Shown: piece by piece, positions 1 through 23,724 of the stretch
Position numbering within the stretch: position 1 is the first letter of the stretch
Layout: every line of letters begins with the position of its first letter
Source of the DNA: the human T2T-CHM13v2.0 reference genome, Homo sapiens
NCBI RefSeq assembly: GCF_009914755.1
Contig: NC_060935.1
DNA length: 64,000 bases
Direction: 5' to 3' (one strand)
Made by a program: the position numbers and the translations under genes
The notes under the pieces: generated by a model
Databases searched by the model: none
Seen by the model: the letters and a program-made list of their open reading frames with translations, nothing else
What the model was told of the DNA's origin: nothing

Positions 1-18
1 TAATAAAATAGTTTTCTA

Positions 19-4148
<4,130 letters not shown>

Positions 4149-4192
4149 TCAAAAGAACAAAAGGTCCCGATAACCTGGAGAGATACTTATAC

Positions 4193-4279
4193 CTGATCTG
4201 CTGTGAGCAGAGGCTCCTCGTTGATACCGGAATCATTTTCACTCTTCTCATTGAACTCTTCCTCTTCTTTCTCATGGAT
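4193..4279 (-). CDS. FEZ1: FEZ1 exon 4 (87 nt; IHEKEEEEFNEKSENDSGINEEPLLTADQ)
   Basis: End of ORF 4187..4564; acceptor CCTCCTCTCCAG, donor CAG|GTATAA. Confidence 0.97.
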
Positions 4280-6907
4280 CTGGAGAGGAGGTGGGGAGAT
4301 GGAATTCTGGGTGACCATCAGCAGAAGTGGGATTGCCTCTAGTCTCGAGAATGGATGATACTGACTGGGAGGCCACTCCAGCCAGCTGCTGTCTAAACAG
4401 TGGAGCTGAAGAGGTGTCCAGAGTTTCATCCAATTCCAAACATATCTTTGCCCCATCACTAACTCCAGCATGCCAGAAATCCAGCATGCAGCACTGAATC
4501 CAACTTGGCAGGAAAAGACGACAGGGGAATGGCCAGCACCATTCTGACTCAAAGGGGACAGCACCGTTTTTTAACCCACAGACAGGTCATCCTGGGGTGA
4601 ACAAGGCGCCTTCTCCAGGTAAGTGACACTGCAGCCAACTGCAGCAAAGGTGCCCTGATTTTGTTAAGGAGTTCCAACCTGGGGGGTTGTTTCCAGATTT
4701 CGTCTTACTAGGCATTTTAAGGAATAGGTTGTTCTAGTCCAAATAATGATGACTTTCAGAATTTGATGAAATGCCATCCTGTTACTGGAATCCAGGCATG
4801 ATGTCATAGCTGATGGCAGATGTAAGAAATCTGCATGGGACATGCCACTGAATAACCTGACCACATGAACTAAACAACAACAAAACTACAAAAGAGAACC
4901 CCATTTATCTCATTTGCCCTGTGTCTCTATAATTCCATAATCCCAAGTAAGATCCTCAAAGTTCACAGCCATCAAAATTCTAGATGTTTAAATCTAACAA
5001 GCTATTCAAAGCATATCTGGCTTAACTGACCATATCCCAAACTGCCATAGTCTGGCATTTACATTCAAGTCCCACAGAAAAGTTAATCACTAAACACCTA
5101 ACAAGCTGTATGTCTAGAAGTCTGATTTGAACGTCATACAAGGAGGAGGCAGGAGGTGTCTCTAGGAAATCTCTCTGCTGAGTCACCTCTCATCCAGGAA
5201 TGAATCCTCCTTGCGCTCCAGTAGCTGGCACACCGATTGGCCCCTTCCCTGGGGCTTGTATTCTGCCTTTTCTAACAGGAAACAGCCCAGCTCCAATCCA
5301 AGCAATAATGTCAGAGGTAGTCTATCCTCAGAAACTTCTCCCGTCTTCTGTGAGCTTTGCCTTGGCAGACATCCCTAACAGAGCACATCACCTTTTATCT
5401 CCATTTGCTTAAAACCAGGACTATGTCATTAAAAAAGAAAAAAAAATTAAGCAAATATATCTCAAATGCCATCCGCACTCAACCTAGATATGGGGTAGGA
5501 CAGGGAGGTAATGGAATCATCTGAAGGGCCCGGGTACCAGATGGTGACATCTATTTCCGCTGTCAAACCCATATGCTCCTCTCTCTGCCAAGTCCACCAC
5601 CTGCGATAGCCTCGTGGTTTCCACCGCTCCCCACTATGCAGAACAAAACTCCTGGAGCTACGCTTTGTTCACAACTACACTCATATGGAAGAACTTTCTT
5701 CAGGCCAGAAAATCCTGCAGTAGAAGTTAGCCCAAAATTAAGAGAACGAAGATACATTTTTTCCTCCAGACAAAAATTAGGGGAGAAAAAGGAAGAAATG
5801 TATCAATATGAACCCAGCCCAAGTTAGTGTGAGCCCAAGTTAGGCTCATCCTGGGAAACAGGGTTATTTTTCATAAGCATCTAACAGCAACTGTTAGTCT
5901 ATAACCAGGATTTGGCAGGGGGTAGGGGGTGGTGGGCACTAAGTCTATATAAAAATGGCATGTTTACCTTTTCTGAAATGTGGCTGATTGTAGTGGGTTT
6001 AACTCCCTGACTGTTAATATTGCTTCTTTCAACTATATCATCTCCTCCCTCCCCAAGTTCCTCACTCCTTGGGGAGTTCCAGGAAGAAGGCAGGGAGGAA
6101 GCTTCTAGGGATAGATCCTTCTTGCTGCTCAAATGCTAATAAGCCTGGGCTGTGGCCGGAATGATGCACTAGTAGAGTTTCTCTCCCCTCCCCCTCTCAG
6201 GCGCAAAGCCTCCAGGTCTGAATTGTCAGGCTTGGGAAAACAGAGATGGGAAAATCAATTATAAGCTTATGAAAGGTACTGTGAGTTCCTACTCTTATGG
6301 GAACCATACTCATCCCTTATTTTCTTATTTCTCAGAAGTCTGCCACTAAAAAATAAAATAAAAGGAGAGGCAGACATAAAATACGGCCAAGAAAACCCTG
6401 GCTCCTTCCCTCTATGTGCGGGTTACCCCCTAATCCTTGGGCTTCCCCACCTCCATCGTGCCCCAGCCTCTTCACCTCCCTCTCCAGCGTTTGATTCTGA
6501 TCCTCTCACCCTTCCCACCCTCTCTAGGCCTGGTTCCCACATTTTCTGTCCATCCTGCCAGACTTTGCTCTGTTCCAACAGCATCCATCACTTCACAAGC
6601 CCTTGCCTCTTTACGGGCACTGTTTACAGACTCCTTCCCTCCCCTCCTTGACCAGGACAGTATCTTGTGCACAGGGTGGAGAGCTGGAGGGGAAACAATG
6701 ACAGAGGAAGAAAGAAAGGTTTTTGAAAAATGACAGCCCTTGTGCATATAAATACTCTTAATCCTAGCATAAGACACTGACATAGATATCACGGTAGAGA
6801 GTTCCTTTAGCCCCTTGTGCAGCAGTGGGGAAGATACATGTCAAAAATAACTTCAGGCCAGGTCATTTAGGGCTGAATTTCTTTGTCAGCTAAAACTGCT
6901 AGTTGTT

Positions 6908-10721
<3,814 letters not shown>

Positions 10722-12136
10722 ATAAAGCCTCACTTTTAAATATGAAAAGATGCTCAAGGATTGCCAGACATTTGAGAATAGCCCCCAACATGAAAGATGA
10801 AAATGTATAGAGAAGAGAAATCAAAAGCAACAGAGAGAGCAGAAGAAACCTCTTCTAAGAAACTGCTATACCTGCCTTCAGAAGGATAACAGAACACCTT
10901 GCTTCCTCAAAATGTGTCCTATTTATCAGAATTCATTTAAAAACTACAAAGATGTACACTTACTAAGACCAGAAAAAAATTTTAAAAACACACAAATTCT
11001 GTAAAAACTGGAAAGGGCTCTTAGAAATTAAAGGTATGATAGAAAATTTAGACTTTTCCATCGAGCTGAAGGCTGAGAAAGTTCCCTGGAGAGTGAAACA
11101 AAATAAGCAGATAGAATTATGGGCGGGGAAAAATATTCAGAAGATCAGCTTCAGAAGTCCAATACTTGAATAAAAGGAATTCTAGAAAGCAAAAACAGAA
11201 GAGATGGCCCCTTTCAGCCATGACAGAGTAACTGGTATTGGACTTATCCCTCCTACCATAAACAACTACAATCTGGACAAAATCTATGAGCCAATTGTTT
11301 TCAGGCACTGGACACAGGCAGTGCAAGGCTGTGTGTTTTGAAAGAAGGGAAAAACATGAAATAAATGAGATAAATAAATGAAGGCTAAAGGAATCTGTCA
11401 CCTGTGGCTCTACACCAAAAGAAATGCTATAAAAAGCATTTTGGGTTGAAAGGAAATGATAGAAAATCAGAATCTTCAGGAAAAAATAAGGAATGCCAGA
11501 AATGATAAATACATAGGTAAATATTTTAAAAGTATCTTTTTTTTCCTTCTTTTGATTTTCTTAAAAGACAACTAACTGTCTAAAGCAAAAATAATAACTT
11601 TGTGTTGTGGAGTATATAATGTAGATTGAAATAAAATATATGACAATTATAGCACAAAAGATGGAAGGAATAGACTTTATACTGTGACAAATGTTTTACA
11701 TTTTATGTAAAGTGTACAATATTAATTCTAAATGGACTATGATTAATTAATAATGTATAGTGTAACCCCTAGAGAAACCACTAAAGAAAAATACGACAAG
11801 GTATAGATAAAAATCCAACAGAAGACATAAGATGCAAAGCCAAAGAATATTTGATTAACCCAAAAGAAGACAAAAAGTGTGGAACAGAGGAACAACAAAA
11901 CAGCAACAAAACCAGATGGGACAATCAGAAATGAAGACAATACGCTCCAACACAAATTATCAATATTATGCCAAATGTCAATGGACTACACACTATGCAA
12001 ATAAACTAAACACAATAATCAAGAAGCATAAATTGTCAGACTGAATATAAAAACAAGATCCAAGTATACACTACCTGCAAAAACACACTTTAAATAAAAA
12101 GACAGAGATAGGCAGAAACTAAAAGGATTGAGATAG

Positions 12137-12137
<1 letters not shown>

Positions 12138-12168
<31 letters not shown>
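12138..12168. repeat. (CA)n microsatellite
   Basis: Direct reading. Confidence 0.95.
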
Positions 12169-12170
<2 letters not shown>

Positions 12171-14067
12171 TGCAAACAGTATGCATAAGAAAGCTTAAGT
12201 GGCTACATTCATATCAAACAAAGTAGATTTTAAGATAAGCATTACAGAGAAAGAATGACATTTCATAATGATAAAAGGGTCAACTCATCAGGGAGATGTA
12301 CTCAGAGCTTCAAAATATATAAAACAAAAATCAACAGAACTAAAGAAATAGAAATAAATGCACAACAATGGTTGGAGATTTTAATAAACCTTTCTCATTA
12401 ATTGATAGAATAAACAGACAAAAAATATCATTTGGAACACAGGAATTCAACAATACTATCAACCAAGTTAACCTGGTTGACATTTATAGCACATTACAAC
12501 CAACAATTGCAGAATGTGCATCATTTCCAATGGCATATATTACATTCACTAAGACGTACCATATGCTGGACCCTAAATCAGTCTGAACGTATTTTAAAAG
12601 ATTTAAGTCATACAAAGTATGTTCTCTGACAAAATTAAATTAGAAATCAATTTTTAACAAGATAGCTATAAAACCTCCCAAGCACTTTGAAATTCAGCAG
12701 CAAACTGCCAAATAACCTATGGGTTAAAGAAGAAATTGCAAGAAAAAATTAGAAACTATGTTTTTAATTGAATGATGAAAACATACCCAATCAAAATATG
12801 TAGAATTCAGCTAAAACAGTGCTTAAAGGGAATTTTATAGCTTTAAGTTTTTTTAAGTTTAAAATATAATCAAATTTCCTACCTTAAGAAGCTAAAAAAA
12901 TGAGGGCAAATTAAACTCCTACTAAGTAGAAGGAAGAAAGTAATAAAGCTAAGAGAGGGAATCAATAAACTAAAAAGTTAACAAACAATAAAGGAAATCA
13001 AAGAAATAAAAAGTGGTTCTCTGAAAAGATTAATAAAGGTGATAATCCCACAGACCAGCTGACAAGAGAGAGTGAGAGAGGGATGGAGGGAGAGAGAACA
13101 CAAATTAACAATGTCAGGAATAGAAAAGGGAACATCACTATAAATCTTACAGACATTTTCAATAACAAAACAAAATTATAAACAAATGAATGTTCAATAC
13201 ATTCAATGATTAAATAGATAAATTCCTTGAGAAATGTAACTTATCAAACCTGACTCAGTAAAATTGAATTTGTAACTGAAAATCTTCCACAGAGAAAACC
13301 CTAGGCCCAGATGCTTTCACTAGTATAGTCTATCAAACATTCAAGGAAGAAATAATACCAATGTAATACAAATTCTTTCACAAAGTAGAGATAGAGAGGA
13401 TAATTTCCAACTTATTTTATGACATTAGAACAAAATAAAATTTCAGAAAAAGAACATGATGCAAAAATCTTTAATAAAATATCGGCAAATCAAATCCCAC
13501 ATTATATAAAAAAGATAAAATATCATAACTAAGTGGGGTTTATTTTAAAATAAAATGCTGGTTTAATATTTGAAAACCAATTAATGTAATTCATCACATT
13601 AACATGATAAATTGATCTACATATATAAATTGGTCTGTAGATTCTACACAATCAAAGTCAAATTTCCAGCAAGATTTTTTGCAAAAATTCATCTGCTGAT
13701 TCCAAGATTTATATGGAAATGTAAATAACCTAAAATAACTAAAACAAATTTGGAAAGAAAAAAAAAGGACACAGTTGGAGAACTTATATTACTTTATTTC
13801 AAGACTTACCATAAAGCTACAGCAATCAATACAGTGTGGGATTGGCATAAAGATAGACACATTTTAAAATAAATTAGGGATGATAAAAAAAGACACACAC
13901 ATATATATATCATTGAAACAGAAAAAAGAATTCAGAAGTAGATCCGCACATACATGATCAATTGATTTTCAACAAAGATGCCAAAACAATTTAATGGGGA
14001 AGGAATAAGATTTTCAATGAATGGTACTGGAATAATTGAATAGCCATATGCAGAAAAATAAACCTTG

Positions 14068-16055
<1,988 letters not shown>

Positions 16056-16235
16056 TCAATATTCTATGTCACTAGAGAAAAGCAAATTAGAACTGAAATA
16101 AGGTATCAATTTTGTTACTACCCATGAAGATGTCTAAATTTTAAAGATTGTCCATAACAAGTGTTAGTGAGAATATGGGACAATTACAGCTCTCAAACTG
16201 GGCAACAGTTTGGTAGTTCCTTAAAAATTTAGACA

Positions 16236-16470
16236 TGGGAGTTAAATGATGAGAACAAATGGACACACGGAAGGGAACAATACACACTGGGCCCTACTGG
16301 AGGATGAAGGGTGGGAGGAGGGAGAGGATCAGGAAAAATAACCAATGTATACTAGGTTTAATACCTGGGTGATGAAATAATCTGTACAACAAACCCCCAT
16401 GACACAATTTACCTATGTAACAAACCTGCACATGTACCCCTGAACTTAAAATAAAAGCTAAAAAAAAAAA
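16236..16470 (+). mobile_element. 5'-truncated L1PA-type 3' end with poly(A)
   Basis: GGGTGGGAGGAGGGAGAGGATCAGG...AACCTGCACATGTACCCCTGAACTTAAAATAAAAG plus A tail. Confidence 0.8.
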
Positions 16471-18002
16471 GTTGAACATACACCTACCATATGACTCAGC
16501 CATTCCACACATAGGTTTTTATCCAAGAGAAATGGAAGCATATGTTCACACAAAGACCTACAGAAAAATGTTCACAGCAGCTTCATTTGAAATATGCAAA
16601 AAGTAGAAAAAAAACTGTTCATCTATAAGCGAATGAATAAGCCGCTGGTGATATATCCATACAACAGAATACTACTCAACAATAAAAAGAAATGAACTGT
16701 TGCTATACTTAAAAACATGGATGAATACCTAATTACATTGAGTTTAATAAGCCAGACAAAAGAAAATGTACATATTGCATGATTCCATTCATGCAAAATT
16801 CTAGAAAATGAAAACTAATCTACAACGACAGAAAGCAGATAAGTGGTTGCCCAGAGATTGGGCGGTGAGAGAGAGGGATGAGGAATATGTTGAATATCTT
16901 GATTGTGGTGATGGTTTCGCAGATATATGCAGATGTCAAAATTTACCGCATTGCTCACTTTAATATGTGCAGCTCATTATATGCCAATTACCTTTCAATT
17001 ACGATATGGGGGGAAAAACAGAATAAAATAAAATGATAATATATCATGATGAAGTTGTGTGTATCTCAAGAATGCATGGTTGAGTTGACATTTGCAAATT
17101 AATTTATGAAATTCATCACATTAACATCATAAAGGAGAAAAGCTATATAATCATCTCCACAGAGGCAGTAAATAGAAATAATAAATCTTCAGAAAAAATA
17201 ATAAGAAAACGTCACAATTTGAAGTCATGAGCTTCTATGTTGAAAGGACTCACTGAGGACAACATAATGAAGGAAAAAATTCATTCTAAAGCACATTATT
17301 GTAAAATTTCAAATGAGAAAGGAAAAGAACATCCTAAAAGCTTCCAGAAAGAACCAAAAAAGTCATATAATAAAGGAGCAGGAATCTAAAGATGGAGAAC
17401 AGAGTCAGCCTAAAAAGAAGGACTGGGAATCGGAACAGATTTGGGGTTTCTCAACACGACCTAATGCTAGAAGAGAACAAAGCCCTCAGAATGCTAAATA
17501 ATAATATTCTTATATATCCTAAAAACCATTTCCTCTGTACTCCTTTCTCAAAAATATGCTGAATAGTTTGGTTTGTTGTTGGTTTTTTTCACCAAAACAA
17601 GGAACTATATCTAGAAAGATTTTTAAAATATGGTAACCAGAAGACAGGAGTGGAAGACAAAAGAATCCCCAGTATGAAGGGAAGGACGTTCTCAGGACAG
17701 CAGCTGTGCAGCTGATCTAGCGAATGACCAGACCAGTTTGTAGCAGAAAGATGAAAGGTACTAACTGGGATGTTTTCAAGAAAAAAACATGGAATTGACA
17801 CAATATAGTATCTGATTTATTTAAGCATTGTGTTATTTATACTTTTTAATTTTCTGAAAATTATGATTTTTAACATTTTAAAGATCTTTCTGGTGGGGAT
17901 AGACTGTACCTTCAAGATTAGCCAATTCTGGCTGGGTGCAGTGCCTCACACCTGTAATCCCAGCACTTTGGGAGGCCAAGGCAGGCGGCTCACTTGAGAT
18001 CA

Positions 18003-18218
<216 letters not shown>

Positions 18219-18801
18219 TCACACACACACACAAAAAATTAGCCAATTCTTAGAGATAGCAAAGGGCTCAGCAAGCCTTCTATATGCAAACTAACCAAAG
18301 CCAAGCCCTGCCGCCTCTACCTGACCTCTACATCCCAGGAGGCAGAGTCCTCTTCCTTAGTCATCCCAGAGTCAGGTACTAGGCACTAAGGACCATCCCT
18401 AGTGTTTACAGCTTGCAGAAATTACTCAAACTAGCCAGTCCTAAACTGTTTACCCCATCTCGCCATTCCTGAGGCACTGGCCTGGCTCTCCCCTGGCTCC
18501 TTCTGCCTCCAGGGGACACTGGAGCTTCCCCATGTGGCCCCGCATGGCCCCACTATAAAAGTGGAGCTTTATGCAAAAAAAAAAAAGGCAGCTAAAAGAA
18601 ATGCAAGCAGTTGCCTGTATGGAGTAGGGAAAGACAAGAAGGCAGGGGTCTACTGTTTTGGGTGGTTGTTTTGTCTTGCACTTACAGTGCATTACTTTCA
18701 AAGCATTAATTAACTTTTTAAACTATGTAGACGTGTTACTTTGATTTTAACAAAAAATGACACTCTTTGCAGTCACAATTCAATAGTTGGTACAATATTT
18801 A

Positions 18802-19191
<390 letters not shown>

Positions 19192-20238
19192 TTAAGTGGA
19201 GGTATGAGTGCTCACTAGAGAGAAGCATCACAGCTGTGCACATTCAGCATGCCAAGCGCTTTTGGTCGTATGTTTTACAGAAGGAATACAGAGCACTGGT
19301 TAATCTGGTAAATCGTTTAAACTTAGGGCAGTTAATAGAGCTCCTACTGTAATTAATCCAGATAATAAAAGAGGATGAAATAAAACAGCCTTAATCCATC
19401 TACTTTTGCTACCCTGTCCTTTTCCCATGGGTTAGATAGAAGAAATACTACAAGGAACAGAGCTCAAGATCATCCTTCTCAGGGTCATTCAGTTTGCCCT
19501 GAAATATTAACCCTCTTGAGGGAAATCTGGAAATGAGGATAAATTAAAGCCCTTTTGAAGGGCAGGCTATCTTATATATCCTTTGGCTTAATTCACAAAA
19601 TGAGTTGGAAAGGTGTCAAAAGAGATAACAAAGCAAAATCTGCCTTTTGTACCATGATGGACCTGATTTAATTTCAGTAACTAGATTTATTCCATTATTG
19701 CCTCCATCTTCTTTGCGGTTTGGGTAAGTACTAAGCATCATACCTGTAAGCATTACAAGAGAACATGCACAGCCGAGAGTTCAAAACAGGACCTGAGACA
19801 CAGCCTCCTATGTCTGTGCTGAGGAGGCTTGCAGGAAATCTTAGTCTCAAAGTCATCATCTCACTTGCTCCCGTCAATGAAGCCTTGAGGTTTTGAGTAC
19901 CTTAGATTGCTAATTACTAGAAAAATGGAGAAGGATATATATGGCTACATTTTCAACAAATCAGTCAACTGCTGATCTCTTTGCTGTGCTATTTTGAGCA
20001 ATAATCTACAAATATATTGCCGAGTAAGGGGAATCTGTTTCTTGCTCTTTTACTTGGACTCAATTCTGAAACACTTAGAAAGATTAGACCCATCCAACTC
20101 TATCACTTGCTGAGCCTGCAGGGCTGTGACAGCCCTTCCTGACGATAAATTGTCAAATTTCCTTCACAACTGAAACTAGAAAACCAAGTGAGGCAGAAAT
20201 TTGCTTTTAACATAGAGCCATTAAATGATTTTATCTTT

Positions 20239-20598
20239 TGCTGTGCTCTGAATGTTTATGTCCCACCCCCCAAATTTATATGCTAAAATCCTAATGCCCA
20301 AAGTGATGGTATTAGACAGTGAGACCTTGTGGAGGTGATGATATCATGGAGGTGGGATGCCCACAAGTATCTTTCTAAAAGAGGCCCAAGGGAGCACTTT
20401 AGACCCTTCTACCATGTGGGGACACAGTGAGAAGGTGCCGTCTGTGAACCAGAAAGCAGGTTCTCACCAGATATTGAATCTGCCAGTGCCTTGATCTTGG
20501 ACTTCCCTGCCACCAGAGCTGTGAAAATCAACTTCTGTTGTTAATAAATTACTTAGTCTAACGTATCCTGTTACAGCAGCCCAAACTGACTAAGAAAC
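20239..20598 (+). mobile_element. MLT1A-like MaLR solo LTR
   Basis: TGAATGTTTATGTCCC...GCCTTGATCTTGGACTTCC...ACTGACTAAGA motifs. Confidence 0.75.
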
Positions 20599-21220
20599 CA
20601 TTCCATATGTAGATTCAGATAGGAGGGGCAATTTGGATCTTCTGAAAGGCCACCCCCTTTATGGCCTTTGCAAATCAACTCAAAATAAATATCATCTTTA
20701 TTTTTCAGAAGCCCCTAAGCTACTTTCTCCCTTGGAGTCAGTAACTCATGGAGTGTGACTCTGGTCCAGACACATAAACGTCCCCTTGGTTGAGTTTCAT
20801 AAACAATTCTAGGCCAGCATGGTGGCTCACACCTGTAATCCCAACACTTTGAGAGTCCGAGTTGGGTGGATTGCTTGAGCTCAGGAGTTTGAAACCAGCC
20901 TTGGTAACATGGCAAAATCCCATCTCTACAAAAAATACAAAAATTAGCCGGGCATGGTGGCGTATGCCTGTAGTCCCAGCTACTCGGGGAGGGGGTGGTG
21001 GGTAAGGCTGGAGGATCACTTGAGCCCAGGAGGTCAAGGCTGTAGTGAGCCGAGACTGTGCCACTGCACTCCAGCCTAGGCGACACAGTGAGACCCTGTC
21101 TGAGAAAAAAAGAGAGACTTCTTCCCCACTGTGTGGCTACATTGCTAATATCTGGGCCCCACCTCTGGCCATTGTCAAGTGCAAGATCCGTCAGCACTTG
21201 TTCTCAGCACTGTTTTTGTG

Positions 21221-21421
21221 GGCCTGAACTATTCATTTAAGATGGGAAAATCTAATTTTTTTAAACCATCATTATTTGAACCCAAGAGAAGCCCATGACA
21301 GTTTCCTCCTCTTATTTCCGGCCTGAACTGTTCATTTAAGATGAGAAAACCTGATTTTTTTAAACCACCATTATTTGAACCCAAGAGAAGCCATGACAGT
21401 TTCCTCCTCTTATTTCAGGCC
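21221..21421. repeat. 99-bp tandem duplication
   Basis: Units 21221-21319 and 21320-21417; 6 substitutions and 1 indel. Confidence 0.95.
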
Positions 21422-21568
21422 ACTTTATTTTTCATGTTGTAGTACACAGGTTAGAAATATTGATAGTAATGGCAGGCTGGGTGTGGTGGCTCACGCCTGT
21501 AATCCCAGCACTTTGGAAGGCCAAGGCGGGCGGATCACGGGGTCAGGAGATCAAGACCATCCTGGCTA

Positions 21569-21815
<247 letters not shown>

Positions 21816-22250
21816 CTAATAGAAGTGATCTGTGTTTCTGCTTTTCTATAGATGACCATTCCTATCATTTCAGATATACTGGATGTCTTCCTTATTTTTC
21901 ACCCTCCTCTACAACTCCTCCTTCCCAACAATAATTTTTTTTTTAATTGAACCTCCTAGGCTCAAGCAATCCTCCCACCTCAGTCTCCTGAGTAGCTGGG
22001 ACCACAAGCATGCGCCACCATGCCTGGCTAATTTTTTGTATTTTTGGTAGAAATGGGGGTTTCACCACGTGGCCCAGGCTGGTCTTAAATTACTGAACTC
22101 AAGCAATCACCCACCTCGGTCTCCCAAAGCTGAGATTACAGGCATGAGCCTCCATCAACAATTTTGAGGAAGACTGTTGAGTTACTGAATGTTTTTCTAA
22201 CTGGATTCCACATCTCAAGCCCTGCTAAACCAGGGGCCCCGGAGAGGTAC

Positions 22251-22350
22251 CTCAGTGTCAGAGCAGTTGCCATTCAGAGCCTCGATGTTTGGATCCCTCC
22301 AGTCTTCTGAGAGTGAAGGGATGTAATTGTCTGTCAGAGCATCCCAAACC
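22251..22350 (-). CDS. FEZ1: FEZ1 exon 3 (100 nt; VWDALTDNYIPSLSEDWRDPNIEALNGNCSDTE)
   Basis: Manual translation, not in the ORF track. Acceptor CTTCTCTTTGTTTACAG, donor GAG|GTACCT; phase fits exons 2 and 4; contains Asp123 and Cys133. Confidence 0.97.
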
Positions 22351-22724
22351 CTGTAAACAAAGAGAAGCTCTCATTAACACACATCTGTGGCCTGGCCCCG
22401 CCTGGAGGAAGGAAGAGCTGGGCCGGGAGAGGAGAGAGGCTTCTGTGTGTGCCAGGCTGAGATCATCTGCCTTCCAGCATGCAGGGGCAAAGCAGCTTAA
22501 AAACTGAATCAGAGGCACATCCAGGGGAGAAAGTGCATGGAGCTTGGCCAGGGGCTTCAGTGTGAAAGGTGTTTGCTTGAGGGAAGAGGAATTTCCTACC
22601 ATTGAGATACAAATGGCAGCATCTATAATCAAACTGCCTCTGGCTCTGAAAATAAATCTGCCCCTCATCCAAATAGCTCATGTTTCTGAATCTAAGAGAT
22701 GCCCATGTTTCTTTTCCTATGGGC

Positions 22725-22757
<33 letters not shown>

Positions 22758-22795
22758 AAGGGAGAGAGAGAGAGAGGAACACAGAGAAAGAGAGA
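22725..22795. repeat. Imperfect (GA)n microsatellite
   Basis: Direct reading. Confidence 0.9.
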
Positions 22796-23688
22796 TCTGG
22801 GCAGTTTTTCTGGCTGAATCTCATTAAGATCAGAATCATTATCTAGTTTATAACCGTTTCAGTTTCAGAGGCCTACAATCTAAATGATCAGGAATTCCCT
22901 CCTTGACATCTAATGTAGGTAAGGGAATAATGCCAATACAGTGAGTGCTTACTTACTACCCAAAATGTTCTATCGAACCCACGGGTTGCAAGATCCTGCC
23001 CTCTAACAATGTAGAATCTAAATCCTGCATTGTGTCATTCCAACATCACGGACACTCTCAGGTAAATACTGTATATAAAAGAAACCAATAAATACACCTC
23101 TGTCTACACAATTTGTTTTTAGTGGGGAAAGATGGAGCTACATTTATTACATTTCTTTTTAAAATTCTGATATGTACATTATAAGAAAGGATTTCTACAA
23201 TTCTTATTCCTTAACTTATTTCAGAAAGATTTCTTACAAAAAAAGAGGAGGGAGGTTGGGGAAAATTTCAAAGTCACAAACACACATCAGGAAGATACAT
23301 AAATTATTCAACACCAAGAGATTAATGTAAATCAGTAAACAAAGCCCTTAAGATAATGACCGCCATGGAAGCCAATGGCACCTGAATTAATATTAATGAG
23401 GCCGGGCGCGATGGCTCACGCCTGAAATCCAGCACTTTGGAAGGCCAAGATGGGCAGATCGCTTGACTCCAGGAGTTCAAGATGAGACTGGCCAACATGG
23501 TGAAACCCTGTCTCTACAAAAAATACAAAAATTAACCAGGCATGGTAGCATGGGCCTATAGTCCCAGCTACTTGAGAGGCTTGAAGTGGGAGGATAGCCT
23601 GATCCATGGGAAGAACCTTAGGAAGTCGAGGCTGCAGTGAGCCATGATTGTGTCACTGCTCTCCAGCCTGGGTGACAGAACAAGACAC

Positions 23689-23724
<36 letters not shown>

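Noticed and set aside
4533-4565. REST/RE1 half-sites CAGCACC...GGACAGCACC
   Set aside because: Spacer is about 15 nt versus 2 in canonical RE1, longer than the usual non-canonical spacing; not supportable without ChIP data.
12368-12629. L1 ORF2-like peptide as a functional gene
   Set aside because: Short decayed fragment; the surrounding L1 is broken by stops, deletions and insertions.
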